In this document: positions 1 to 11,826 of the stretch, piece by piece
Layout: each line of letters opens with the position of its first letter
How positions within the stretch are numbered: the first letter of the stretch is position 1
Assembly: GCA_943704425.1 (NCBI GenBank)
Contig: CALSCP010000858.1
Location: 1 to 38,180 of the forward strand
Origin: Ministeria vibrans ATCC 50519
Taxonomy: Eukaryota > Protista > Filasterea
Length of the DNA: 38,180 bases
Direction of reading: 5' to 3'
Translations under genes and position numbers: made by a program
The notes under the pieces: generated by a model
The model's database searches: none
What the model was told of the DNA's origin: nothing
What the model saw: the letters and a program-made list of their open reading frames with translations, nothing else

Positions 1-88
<88 letters not shown>
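1..88. repeat. (CT)n microsatellite, intronic to the CDK gene
   Basis: Perfect CT dinucleotide run from the window start, upstream of the acceptor tttgtttag at 117. Confidence 0.97.
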
Positions 89-90
<2 letters not shown>

Positions 91-117
91 GACTTATGAC
101 TGTTTCTTTTTGTTTAG

Positions 118-828
118 CGGCCAACATTCTTATCAGCAATGCGGGTCTGCTCAAATTGGCTGATTTCGGTCTGGCTCGCTCCATCAAGAACATTCCGTCG
201 CGTGGACTCACCAATCGTGTCGTCACTCAATGGTACCGACCGCCCGAGCTCCTTCTCTGCTCAGAGAAGTTTCAAATGTACAGCCCGGCCATTGACATTT
301 GGGCGGTCGGGTAAGAACCATCCTTGTGGCATATTCCGTCACGCATCTGATCAATCCATCTTAATCTTGCTCTTGTCGATGCGCAGGTGTATTGTCGTGG
401 AAATGTACCAGCGAGGAAAACCACTCTTTCCCGGCAAAAGCGACAGTGAAATCGACCAATTGGATCTCATCTGTCGTCTCTGCGGTCCGATTTCGACCAA
501 TTCCTTCCCCAACCTCCATCGCGAAATCGATCGAAAGGGCACCAAAGTGCCCAACTACTCTCACTACGAATCGATCTCTCTCAAAGGGCCCTACAAAGAC
601 TCTCTCGCATCGTATTTGGCTGGCCTGTACGTCTCTCGACACGTTCCCCTCACTCTCTCACTCACTCATTTTTACTTTTATCACCACAGTGTAAATATGT
701 CTGAGTGTGGCATCAAATTCATTGCGCGTCTTCTTGCACTCGACCCGGACCGGCGTCCTAGTGCCGATGGGGCTCTTGAGGATGACTACTTCTGGACCGA
801 ACCCCATCCTCTTGATCGCGACAAGTAA
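118..828 (+). CDS. Cyclin-dependent kinase, CDK9/CDK12-13/CDKC group (3' part; 5' end outside window, true 3' end uncertain)
   Basis: Exons about 118-310, 387-626 and 690-824 give [20 protein letters not shown]...[17 protein letters not shown]...IDIWAVGC...KPLFPG...[25 protein letters not shown], which are kinase subdomains VIb-[17 protein letters not shown] is typical of transcriptional CDKs. Confidence 0.88.
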   Translation, partial: RPTFLSAMRVCSNWLISVWLAPSRTFRRVDSPIVSSLNGTDRPSSFSAQRSFKCTARPLTFGRSGKNHPCGIFRHASDQSILILLLSMRRCIVVEMYQRGKPLFPGKSDSEIDQLDLICRLCGPISTNSFPNLHREIDRKGTKVPNYSHYESISLKGPYKDSLASYLAGLYVSRHVPLTLSLTHFYFYHHSVNMSECGIKFIARLLALDPDRRPSADGALEDDYFWTEPHPLDRDK

Positions 829-2037
829 ACCTTTCACGCATCATCTCAAAAAAAAAAAAAAAAAAAAAAAAACAAGAGAGCAAAACATAATTATGGAAAA
901 CGCTCAAAGTCGACGACCACTCGCTGCCAGTTCATGCAATACACACACCACCCAACCCAGCAGTGGACAGTTTGACGACCAAAAAAGCCATAGAATACAA
1001 TGTGGAAAGGAGCACAGTCGGAGAGGAGTTGTTGTGAGGGGCAAAAGAAATAGAAGACGGCGAGTTGCGGGCCAGCGCTTGCCGGTATGCCGGGTACAGT
1101 GGGGTTTAGATGGCGGAGGCGCGACAAGCGATACCCCGCGCATAGGACCTTGAGCAGAAAATACTTCTTAAACTTTTTTGGGGCGTTTCTCGTCGTCGAG
1201 AACAAAGAGGGGAGGGGCGCTAGCTCTGTGGGGAGACAATAGAGTCGTCCCACGAGCCATGGTACGCGTGAGGGCGTAGCGGCAGAGCGTCGAACAGTTG
1301 GTGAACGAGGCACAAAGGGTCAAACGAGAGAACTCAAAACGGACCGAAACGACAACGCACGGTCTACGGCGCTTGCTCCAGGCACCACGTACAAACACGT
1401 CTCCCGCACACCCCGGTGGGGATGAAGTCCGCGCGAAAGGCTGCGGCAACACCGCTTTTCCCGCAAAAGGGGCTTGTACTTTTTTTTTTCTCTCTTCTTC
1501 TTCTTCTCTTCCGTCACTCTTACCGGCATTTTGACCAATGCGCCCACTCTAAAGTTACGAACACACACTCTTAAGAAGCTGAAACTCTATTAGCTGCGAA
1601 AGAATAAAAATGATTAATATTTAATGACCGTTTTCAGTTTTGCAATTAATAGGAAAATAAATAGAGAAACGAGAGCTGTACTCAATGTCAAAAACAAACC
1701 TATAATATACAAAACAAAGAGCACAAAGAGCAGCACAATACTTCCGCCGTAGACTTCATCGCTTCAACACGAGAATGTCCCGAAAGAAGCTCATAGACCC
1801 GTTTTGTAATTATTTGTAACTTGTAATCGCAATAACATATTCTTATCACCTGTGAAAACTTTTTTCGTCTAACAGACTGAAAATGACCGTTTTTTTTTTT
1901 GCAATCGATCTTATCACGCAAGAGTGGGCTCACAGTCTGAGAGTTCGCGTCAGTTACATACTAGTCTGGCCATAACGCTCGTGGCCTTGTGTGGATTGTT
2001 TGTTCAAGTGAAAAAGAACGGCGAAACTGTTTTTATT

Positions 2038-4147
2038 TTAGGTGCGTACAACAAAGTTTCCAGAGGTCGTAATGTACTTGACACCCTTGAACGGCTTATA
2101 CTAAAAGAGAGAAGCCAAACGGTAAGCAAGAGAGAGAAAGAGAAAGAGAGAGAGAGAGGAGGAAGAGAAGACACAATCAAGAGAATGAGATAGAGAGTGA
2201 GAGACAGAGAGAGTGATCGAGACAAACAGAGACAGAGACAAGAAGCACAAAAGAAGAAGAAGAAAAGTGATACAGAGAAGTAGGTAAAAAGAAACAGAGA
2301 GGAAAGAGAGGCAATTTAAAAACAAAAACTAATACCTTTTCAACGTGTACGTCGAGACGATTGACCTTGATACCACTGACCGGCATGTTCTCCATGCGGA
2401 AAAAGAGACGGAGTGGCGGGGTGGCGTCAGGGATGGGAGCGCCGGTGACAAATACGACGGAGCCTCGCAGGGTGGGTACTTTCTGCGGGGGAATCTTGCC
2501 AATGTCCCATCGGAGCAGCTTTGAGACAGGGTCGAAGGAGAAGGAGCCAACCGAGGCAGACAGCTGGCAGCTGTTGGTGATGCGTGGCAAGGGCAGCTCC
2601 ACAACGACATGGTCGATGGGGTGGCCCATGGTGAAGCGCGCACTCACCGTCACGTCAATCGACCCGGACCCCGGCACAAACCGCAGCTGCGGTCGCACCG
2701 TGATGGGCAGTTGCACCTACATCGTATGATAATACAATGCCAATAGTATGATTAGCTTTCTAACATGTACACACACACTCTCTCTGTTTCGTCTCCTCTC
2801 GCCCACGCTCCCTCTCACGCTCTTGCTTGATATGTCCTTACGGCGGTTTGTGGGTTTGTGTGATACGTGACCAGCTCAAATTGGCCGTCGGGCGGTACAA
2901 AAGAGAGGACACGTTCACTTTCCCATCGTTTGAATCGCACACACGGATGGAAACTACAACACAAGACGAATGCGTCAAGCAGATGAAAGTACACACACAC
3001 ACACATGCACAAAGCTACCTCATATCGTCGAGAACGGACGGATTGACAAATGAAAGGAGGAGGTCGGGCATTCCGCTGAGTTTGCAGTGGACCTTGACGG
3101 TCCCTTGGACCTCAACAGAGACGGGTGCGCCGTTGCGGTCGACAATGGCATCAATGGCCTCGACGAAGTCGAAGAAGATTTCGTTGTTGGAGTACTTGAC
3201 GCCCTGTCGCCGCCAGGGGATGTTGCTCAGTTGGCCTGTGGGTAGCTGTGCGCTCATGTTGGAGCCGCCTGTAACTGCGTTGGTGACCGAGCGCAGCTTG
3301 GAGGGGGGCTTGATCATTTCCTTGAGGACATTGGGCTCGGTGGTGATGGGGAAGCCATTGTCAAGCATCTCCGCAAGCAGTTCGTAAATGACCACCAGAT
3401 GTTCTTTGATGCCCGTCTCGTTCACGTGCGGCATGTAGCCGTGCAGAACGTCCACGGCACGATGTAGGAATTCCAGAACAAGCAGTGGTGGTACGTCTAC
3501 AAAGGAGAGAGAAGAAAGACGAAAACGAAAAGGTCTCAAAACATTCACTTTTGTCGTTTGGTTTGTTACCGTTCATCAAAACCGCTACAAAGTACAGCCC
3601 ATCGCGGAAAATGGAGCAGAAGTAGTGTCGGTGTGTGGAAATGACAGGAGGTACGTCGTCTGAAAGAGAGAGAGAGTGTGTGTGTGAGTGAGTGAGTGAG
3701 TGAGTGAGAGAGAGAGTGAACGGATGAGAGTGGAAAAAAACAGATGACTGAGCTTTTCAAGCGATTCCGAACAGCTACGACACAATGCAAGGGCGCATAG
3801 AATCAAATTTGAAGGCTTTTTCGCTGCATGGGCGGGGATGGCCGCTGTCGCAAGGCCGTGAAGAGCAGTTGAGGAACGTTTTCAACATGAAAAAAAGACG
3901 ATTTTTTTTTTCTGCTCGCGTTTGGGGTGAAGGAGACGCACAACGACTGTGTTTGGAGCAGGAGGCGCGGTGAATCACGGTGCAGGGCAACGACACCGGG
4001 TGGGATGGGTGCGAGCATACCTGGCGAGGTCGCTCTACTTAATACATCGGTGAATTGATCCAGAACCGTTCTCGAGATGACGCCACGCCAGTGCTTCTCC
4101 AGCAAGAGGTCCCCGATCGGTGTGAGGATGAACAAGGAGTGGATCAT
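2038..4147 (-). CDS. AP3M1: AP-3 complex subunit mu (multi-exon)
   Basis: MIHSLFIL...LEKHWRG N-terminus; EMLDNGFPITTEPNVLKEMIKPP; IPWRRQGVKYSNNE; SFHPCVRFKRWESERVLSFVPPDG; last exon YKPFKGVKYITTSGNFVVRT*. Confidence 0.95.
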
Positions 4148-4431
4148 GTCCGAAAAAGGAGGCTGAGGAAATGAATAAAAAAAATAAATAACATTAAAAG
4201 AGGTTTGAGGAGGATGACTGACTCTATGTCTCTCTGTCCCTTCTCTGCTCGGTTTCTCACCGGTCAGCGTAGAGAAATAAGAGCATGGGCTATGGAATGA
4301 TTGATATTGATCAAATGATACTTTGAGATACGATGGCCCACTAATGACACGACATGAGCGCATGAGCGACGGTCATGATTTGACATTTGTGTGTTCTACT
4401 CCGCAATTTTATGAGTGCCCTTCTTTTCATT

Positions 4432-6779
4432 TCAAAACATCTTCTTAAACATCTGCTTATCCTTCTGCTCTTGCGCCTATCACACACACACAAACAAAAA
4501 AAGGAATAAACGGTGAGGAACTTCAAAAAACAAAAATCATCGTGTGTGTGCCATACCTTGACCTTGGCCGCGAGATTTTTCAGCTCTGTCTTGATCGTTG
4601 CACTCTCAGGCTCAACTTCCAAAGCCGTGTGAAGATCGCGCTCGGCCTTTTCCAAGTCCTAAAGACATCCGACAAAACAATCGACGAGTCAGACATAATT
4701 ATGACACACAATTGGGGCCGTACGCCAATGGAGCTGTACGCAACAGAGCGACGGTACAGTGCCTTGACATTGCGTCCATCAATCTCAAGTGCCTAAATAC
4801 AGGTGTCAGAACGAGTCTCTCGGTCAATCACACACACACACACACACGCACACACACACCTTTCCGGCATTCTCAATGGCCTTTGTGTGTTGCTTCAGCT
4901 TAGAGTGGGTCACAGCAAGATTGATATAGACCGTCTTGACCAGTTCGCGCACCCCTTGCACAACCGTCTCGTCCACACCACTCTTGCTCAGCAGATTGTC
5001 CACTGCCTTGACGCTCTTGCTGTAGCACTTGCCTGCCCGTCCCAGGTTCCCCGCTTTGAAGTGCGTCTTGGCCGTCTCCTTCCACTCCTCTGCAAAAGCA
5101 AGTTTGTCTGCGTCCTCTGCAATCTCGTACGGCTCCAGAACCTAACAATAATAATAATAAAAATATAATAATAATTAATAATAATAATTATTATTATTAA
5201 TTATTATTATTAATTATTTTAGTATTATTATTATTATTATTTTCAATAAGCAACTAAAATAATCCGGATTATTAACCATTACCTTTTCGAAGTGCGTGAG
5301 ACGCAAATCGTAAAAGAGACTGTGACCGTCCTTGATGAGTGACTGTGCGGCCTCAGGCACCTGCGAAGCGACTGCACAGTGCGACTCAATCTCTACAATT
5401 GAGTGCTCTCCTTCCTTCATCGTGGCCAGAGTGTCCTACGCCAGACAGTTGAGTGACACATTAGCCATTGTATGTATTATAATTATAATAATTATTATTA
5501 TTATTATTATAATTATAATTATTAAATATTATGCATAGAAAAAGAAAAGAGATATATATAAAAGCCACACACAGTGTGCCTCTTCTCTCATTTTCTCCCT
5601 CGTTTTCCTTTCTCTCTTGCTCTCATTGTTTGTACCTCGATCACATCCGGCACATCATTACAGCCCTTGTCAAGGACCGTCTTGACAGCGGTGCGCTTGT
5701 CAAACACAACCGAACCATCCGCATTGCGACCCACAATGTCAAAGGTGCACGTTGCTCCTCCATTGGGTTTCTTGTACCCTTCCGGTTCGTCCTGGATTCG
5801 CTTCGTCACGCCCTCTCCGTCGCCCACCTTCACCACCTGGATCCACGAGTGTAGAGTCACTTGGTAGTTTTCACCCTTGGTTGAGTGAGGCGGCAGAATG
5901 GTCGCACGACACACTTCTCCCTTGGTCATCGACTTGATCGTCTCCTCGAGTCCTTTCTCAAGCTCACCCGAGCCCAGACGGACCACCTTTCGCTCAGAGC
6001 TTTCGTCCACGACCGTACCGCTTGAGGTGGTGCCTCGGTAGCTCACTGGTGGCAACAACAATAAATTAAGACAAAGTGACCAATACTACTACGACTACTA
6101 ATAACAATGTTTTATCTTACCGACAACATCTTCGCCATCCTTGGGCTTCAACCAACCTGATCCCGCAGAGTCGACCACCTAGCACATCAGCACGTCAGAC
6201 ACAATAGCGAGAGAGAGAGAGAGAGAAAGACTCAGATCACATGGCATGTACCTTGGTGACCAGACCGTCGTCGGTGACCTCTTCGCCTTCGACCCAACGC
6301 AACAGCTCCACGTCGAATTCAAGCGTGGCATTGGGCGGGATGTCCTTGCCTGCGCCCGTCTTGCCGTACGCATAGTCGCTCTGAAGGACAAACGTCGCCT
6401 TCTCGCCGCGTGTCATCGTCGCCACACCAATGTCCCAGCCCTTGATCACACTCCCTGCAGGTGTGCACATCACATTTTGTCACAATCCTTTACGATGTTT
6501 TCTCGACTTTTCCATCAGTCGACAAAATTTCTCTCTCTTTCTCTCTCTCGCGTCATCGTCGTCCTCTCCCGCCACCAATGCACCCGTACCCTTGCCAAGA
6601 TCAAACGAGAAGGGCGTGCCTCGCTCGACGCTGCTGTCAAACACCTTGCGGGAGCCATCGTGGAGACGACCCGTGTAATGGACAAACACCTTTGAACCGG
6701 GCGCAGGACGTGCCTCGCCCGCTCCCTCCTGTGTAATCGTCTTCACGACGCCTCCATCTTCAGTCACTTGGATGCTCAT
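4432..6779 (-). CDS. Large immunophilin with three FKBP-type PPIase domains plus TPR (FKBP4/5- or ROF1-like HSP90 co-chaperone)
   Basis: FK1 with VHYTGRL...FDSS...[12 protein letters not shown]...YAYG...[14 protein letters not shown]; two further FKBP-like domains (about 5290-6180); TPR with NVKALYRR; ends [10 protein letters not shown]. Confidence 0.92.
5147..5241. repeat. (AAT)n/(ATT)n AT-rich microsatellite in an FKBP intron (similar run at 5477-5531)
   Basis: Imperfect AAT/ATT runs seen directly. Confidence 0.85.
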
Positions 6780-6947
6780 TATTCAATTAGTTGATAAAGA
6801 AAAAAAATGAAAAGTCAAAATATGAAAACTGAAAGCAATAATAATAATAATAATATTAATTTTATTATTGATAATCAAAATGACTTGTATTAAAATTAAA
6901 TTTTCAATTTCTTATTTCACATATTTTTGTGCTTCCAACATTCAAAC

Positions 6948-9667
6948 ATGGGCAAGAAACCATTCTCGTCCAAGCTGAAGAAGAAGCAACTGCAGGAGAA
7001 GCGGCAGGCCAAGCGGGAGGAGGAGGTCGACGAAGACGGCGCAAGAATCATCCGCTTCAAGAAACACAACCGACGCGGCCCGACGGCGACCGGGGACTAC
7101 GATCGCGGCGTGCGTATCAATGCCCAGCCCACAAACCTGCGCAATTGTGGTATGTCAAACTTTAAAATTCAAAAGAAAGCAAAAGGAAAAAACTGACTGT
7201 CTCTCTCTTTCGTTCCCTACGCAAGACCGCGATGCCAACCGGTTTGTGCTGCACCTGCAACACCGCGCGGATACTAGAGAAGAGCTGGCGGCGCGGCGAG
7301 AGGCGGCGCGCGTGCCGTACGTGCGAGCGAGAGCGGCGCAGCTGTGTCTGACCTTTGAGGAGGTGTACGGCAGTCGGGAGCAGTGGAGTCGCCTTGGCAT
7401 GCCCACCCGGCCCCACTGGAATCGCAAGATGTCCAAGCACGAGGTGGAGCGACACGAACAGACGCACTTCCAGGCGTTTGTGCAGCGATTGCGTGCCAAT
7501 GAGGACCGTGAACGTGCCGCGCGCGAAGCCGACGTCGCCCGACGCATCGCAAGCAACGCACCCACTCCTCCTCGGCAAGTGAGCCCCACCGCAGACTCGT
7601 CGCAACGTTCCTTCTTTGAACATAACTTGGAGACGTGGCGTCAGCTGTGGCGTGTTATTGAGCTCAGCGACGTGGTGCTTCTCATCACCGACGTGCGTGC
7701 TCCCATTTTGCACTTTGCACCCGCTCTCTTTGACTACGTCACGCGCCAATCCAAGACAGGTCAGACACAAGCAACCGAGTCCAGCGCGAGCGATGAAGCT
7801 GCCGCAGGAGAAGGAGGAGGAGGAGGAGGAGGCGGAGAGCAAGGACGACCGACAGGGCGCAATCTGATTCTAGTACTCAACAAGATTGATCTCGTCCCGG
7901 CTCGTCTTGCCCTTGCGTGGAAGGCCTACTTCCTGTCGCTCTTCCCTGAGCTTCACGTTGTCCTGTTCACCTCGTTTCCCACAGACCGTGTCGAGCGATT
8001 GGACGAGCTCGACTCGAAGCTCAAGAAGAAACTGGACGCACACAACCGTCGCTCGCGCAGTGCGTGGGGCGCTGCTCAAATCTTTGCTGCCTGTCAACAT
8101 CTCAAGGTAATTAAGCGGAGTCGTGAAATAATAGTATATGTGGGCATGTGTTTGAACAGTTTTGCTGTGGATAGATTGAGAAAGGAGGTGAGATGGTGCA
8201 GTGGGGGCGGAAGGTGCGCGAGGACGCAGTGCGATTGGCGGTGAAGGAGAAAGAGGCAAAGGAAGACCGGGCACGAGAGGCACAGGGTCAGTATGCGCTG
8301 TCACGAAGGGAACGAGAGCGCGAACGGGAGATGATGCGGGCTCAGAGGGAGCTGGTGAAGGGAATGGAGGCACTGGAGACGAAGCCACCCAGCCACACAA
8401 GCAGCACGCAACAGAACGAAGAAGAAGACGAAGCAGAAGAGAGTGATGCGGATGAATTTGAGGCGATTCTGAGTGATGATGAGGACGGAGACACAAAGGA
8501 AGCGCTGTTCCAACTAGGAACCATTGCGCCAACTGAGCCTGCGCGTCCTCACGACGAAATGGTCACTGTGGGACTTTTGGGCGTCCCAAATGTCGGAAAG
8601 TCGTCGCTTCTCAATGGCCTTGTGTATGTTTTTCCGTTTTGATTGTGTGTGTGTGTATGTGGCTTGTTTACTGACCGAGGTGCATATTTTTTGTTGTGTA
8701 CAGTGGTCGCAAAGTGTGTTCTGTGTCGAAAACACCCGGACACACCAAACACTTCCAGACGATCCATCTGACGCCACGCATTCGGCTCTGTGACTGCCCC
8801 GGACTGGTGTTCCCCTCCTTTGTCACACGTGCAGTGCAAGTAATGTGAATTAGTGTTTTTTTTTAACCTGAACTGACTCCAGTTTTATCTTTTTTTTTTT
8901 TTTTTTTTGCATTCTCTTAGATTTTGTATGGAGTCTTTCCGATTGCACAGGTGCGTGAGCCATACACTGCCATTACGTATCTGGCGGAGCGAGTACCACT
9001 GCCGCAGATTCTACAGCTGACACATCCCGATGATGCGACGCTCACTCCAGACACAGAGATGAGCACTGATGGGTACTGAGAGAGAGGGAGTTTGTTAGTG
9101 TTGTGCTATATGCTTTATTTCGTGTGTGTATGTGTGTGATATGCATGAGATTGCAGTGCATGTGATGTACGGAATGGTATGGGCTGAATTTTTTTTATTC
9201 ATTTTTGTAGCAAGCATGGGTGGAGTTCGTTTGGAATCTGTGAGGCGTGGGCGCATAAGCGAGGCTTTGTGACACCGCGCGTGGGCCGACTGGACACACA
9301 TCGGGCGGGACTTAACATACTGCAGATGACGGTGACGGGCCAGATTGTGCTGGCGATGCGTCCGCCTCGGGAGTTCTTTGAGGAGGAAGAGGAGCGCGAG
9401 TGGGAGCGGGAGTTTGCGCGGAGGGTGAATGTTGATGATGCCGAGAAGGATGACACTGAGGTAGTGAGTGAGGATGGAGGAGATAGTGTTGACGACGAAG
9501 AAGATGACGAGGATGATGATGAGGAGCAGGAGGAAGACGGCGAGAGTGAGACAGACGAAGAAGAAGAAGAGGAGGAGGAGGAGGAGGAGGTAGAGGTGAA
9601 AAAGACGGCGCCTCGCGTGAAGGCGACAGTCAATCCGTTTGCCTTGCTCGCCGATGAAGACGATTAA
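6948..9667 (+). CDS. GNL1: Guanine nucleotide-binding protein-like 1 (circularly permuted YlqF/YawG GTPase)
   Basis: MGKKPFSSKLKKKQLQEKR N-terminus; FEHNLETWRQLWRVIELSD; G4 LNKIDL precedes G1 GVPNVGKSS; SKTPGHTKHFQT; CDCPGLVFP; acidic tail ending NPFALLADEDD*. Confidence 0.93.
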
Positions 9668-9723
9668 GTTGGTGACATGTACAACATTCGTTTTTATAAT
9701 AAATTTTATTTACAGCGGATAAT

Positions 9724-10327
9724 TTAGCAAAGGGGGCCGTCTTGGGCAAGCATGGCCTCGTCTGGGTCGCTTCTTTCCCAACGCAGTGTGCATCTGAAAC
9801 AGAGCATCATTGTTTGGTGTTGTTGCCTTGTGTGTTTCAGTTTTCGATGCGTACCCTATGGCTGTGAGGGCACGTCGACCAGCCAGAGTGACAGCAAGAC
9901 CAGACAGCCCCACTACTGTGAGTGGGAGTTGCTCGCATAGCGTGCGCATGTGCCCGTACGCGAGCTGGGCAAAGTGAGGCACAGCAGCCGACAGCTTCTC
10001 CAGATGGTACATGTACAGTCCTACGCTCTTCTGCGCCCCAATTTCCACTGCTACAAGCTCTTGTTCACTGACTTTCCCTTCGACAAACGCCTTCCATTGA
10101 GCCGGACCGACCGGGACGGTCACATTGACGGCAACGACATCGTTTTCAAAGCCGGCTGCATTGCCTGGCGTCTCGTCCCCCTCAGCACACAAAGCGAGGA
10201 AGAAAAGCGGCGACGCGTCATACCACTTGCTCAGCACACCAACGTCTACGCCCCCAGTGGGAAAGCAGTCAATATCCAGCGCAATCACCGCAGCGAGCTC
10301 TCTTTTGTGAAGTTGACGCCATCGCAT
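9724..10327 (-). CDS. Uncharacterised protein, possible GNAT-fold acetyltransferase
   Basis: MRWRQLHKRELAAVIALDIDCFP resembles the GNAT beta1-alpha1 start, and AVTLAGRRALTAIG resembles motif B. A likely intron near 9795-9852 gives a last exon ending ...AQDGPLC*. An alternative upstream ATG lies at 10357. Confidence 0.6.
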
Positions 10328-10678
10328 TGTCAAGAAGTGCAAACGAAACTGATTCATTGGTTGATCAAATGATCATTGGTCTAAGTGTCAAGTCGGTGAC
10401 GTCGCGATTGGCGACACCACCAGCAAGGAATGACACTGGATGCAGGCGTCGCCCCCCGGTGTCGGCGTCGATTTGTACTCGATCTCGGACGATCATTAGT
10501 GAAGATACATTTTTAGGATAGATTCACTTGTTGAGTGTCTTGTTCGGCCCATTTGAAACTCATTGTAAGGCTTCTCTCAAAGGATACAATGATTGCAATC
10601 ACCCAAATGAGCTGAATGGTGGTCCACCCTTCCGATTTTCGTGATTCGCCTTTTTCCTACTTTTGGGATGATCACAAA

Positions 10679-10825
10679 ATGGCATTCTTATTCTTTTCCA
10701 TGAACAGTACGCTCAACTGTACGCTGCTCAGCGAAACGGAAATATCATGCACTGGCCTGGGCCTGTTTATCCACGAGACTCCCGATCATGTGCCGCTTGG
10801 CTCTCGTGAATTCTGGATGTGCGGA

Positions 10826-10865
<40 letters not shown>

Positions 10866-11640
10866 GAGACGTGACAGAGCACACTGATCGCCGTTCGCTC
10901 TTCACACAGATACGCTGCCATCTCTCTCGTGCTTGTTCTCACTGCCGGGCTGATGAGTGGCCTCACCATGGGTTTGCTGTCGTTGGACATGATGAACATT
11001 AAGGTAGCGGGCAGGAGCAGCGGGGACTTGACGCCGCAGTGCAAACCGACCGCAACCCCCGTTTTGCGTAGGTGCTGATTGGCGGAGGTAACACGCAAGA
11101 AAGCAAGTACGCCAAGCGCATTCTGCCCATTGTGCGCCACCACCATCTGCTGCTGGTGACCCTGCTGCTGTCCAATGCCGCCGCAATGGAAGCACTTCCG
11201 TTGTTTCTCGACAAACTCACATCTCCGCCGATAGCAATTATGCTGAGTGTCACGCTCGTCCTCTTCTTTGGCGAAGTACGCCCCCGCGTCATGCGTCTCT
11301 TCCACACTCACTTGCTATTTTTTTCTTTTCTTTTTTTTGTTCTTGTATCACAGGTGATCCCTCAAGCAGTGTGTACCCGCTATGGTCTGGCCATTGGGGC
11401 CAATCTGGCACCGCTAGTCTGGTTTCTCATGGGCCTTCTCTTCATCGTGGCCTATCCCATCGCCAAACTGCTCGACTGCATGCTTGGTCACGAACACCAG
11501 GCGTACTTCCGTCGATCGGCACTCAAGGAACTTGTTAATCTACACTCGGACGACTCCAACGAGCATCGCCTGACAGACGACGAAGTACAACGAGAGAGAG
11601 AGAGAGAGCCAGATGGAGGCCGAGAGAGATTGAGAGAGGC

Positions 11641-11725
<85 letters not shown>

Positions 11726-11735
11726 NNNNNNNNNN

Positions 11736-11826
<91 letters not shown>

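Noticed and set aside
2269-2280. GATACAGAGAAG, matching the U6 snRNA ACAGAGA box
   Set aside because: The flanks lack any other U6 sequence, and it lies in a purine-rich stretch antisense to an AP3M intron. Chance match.
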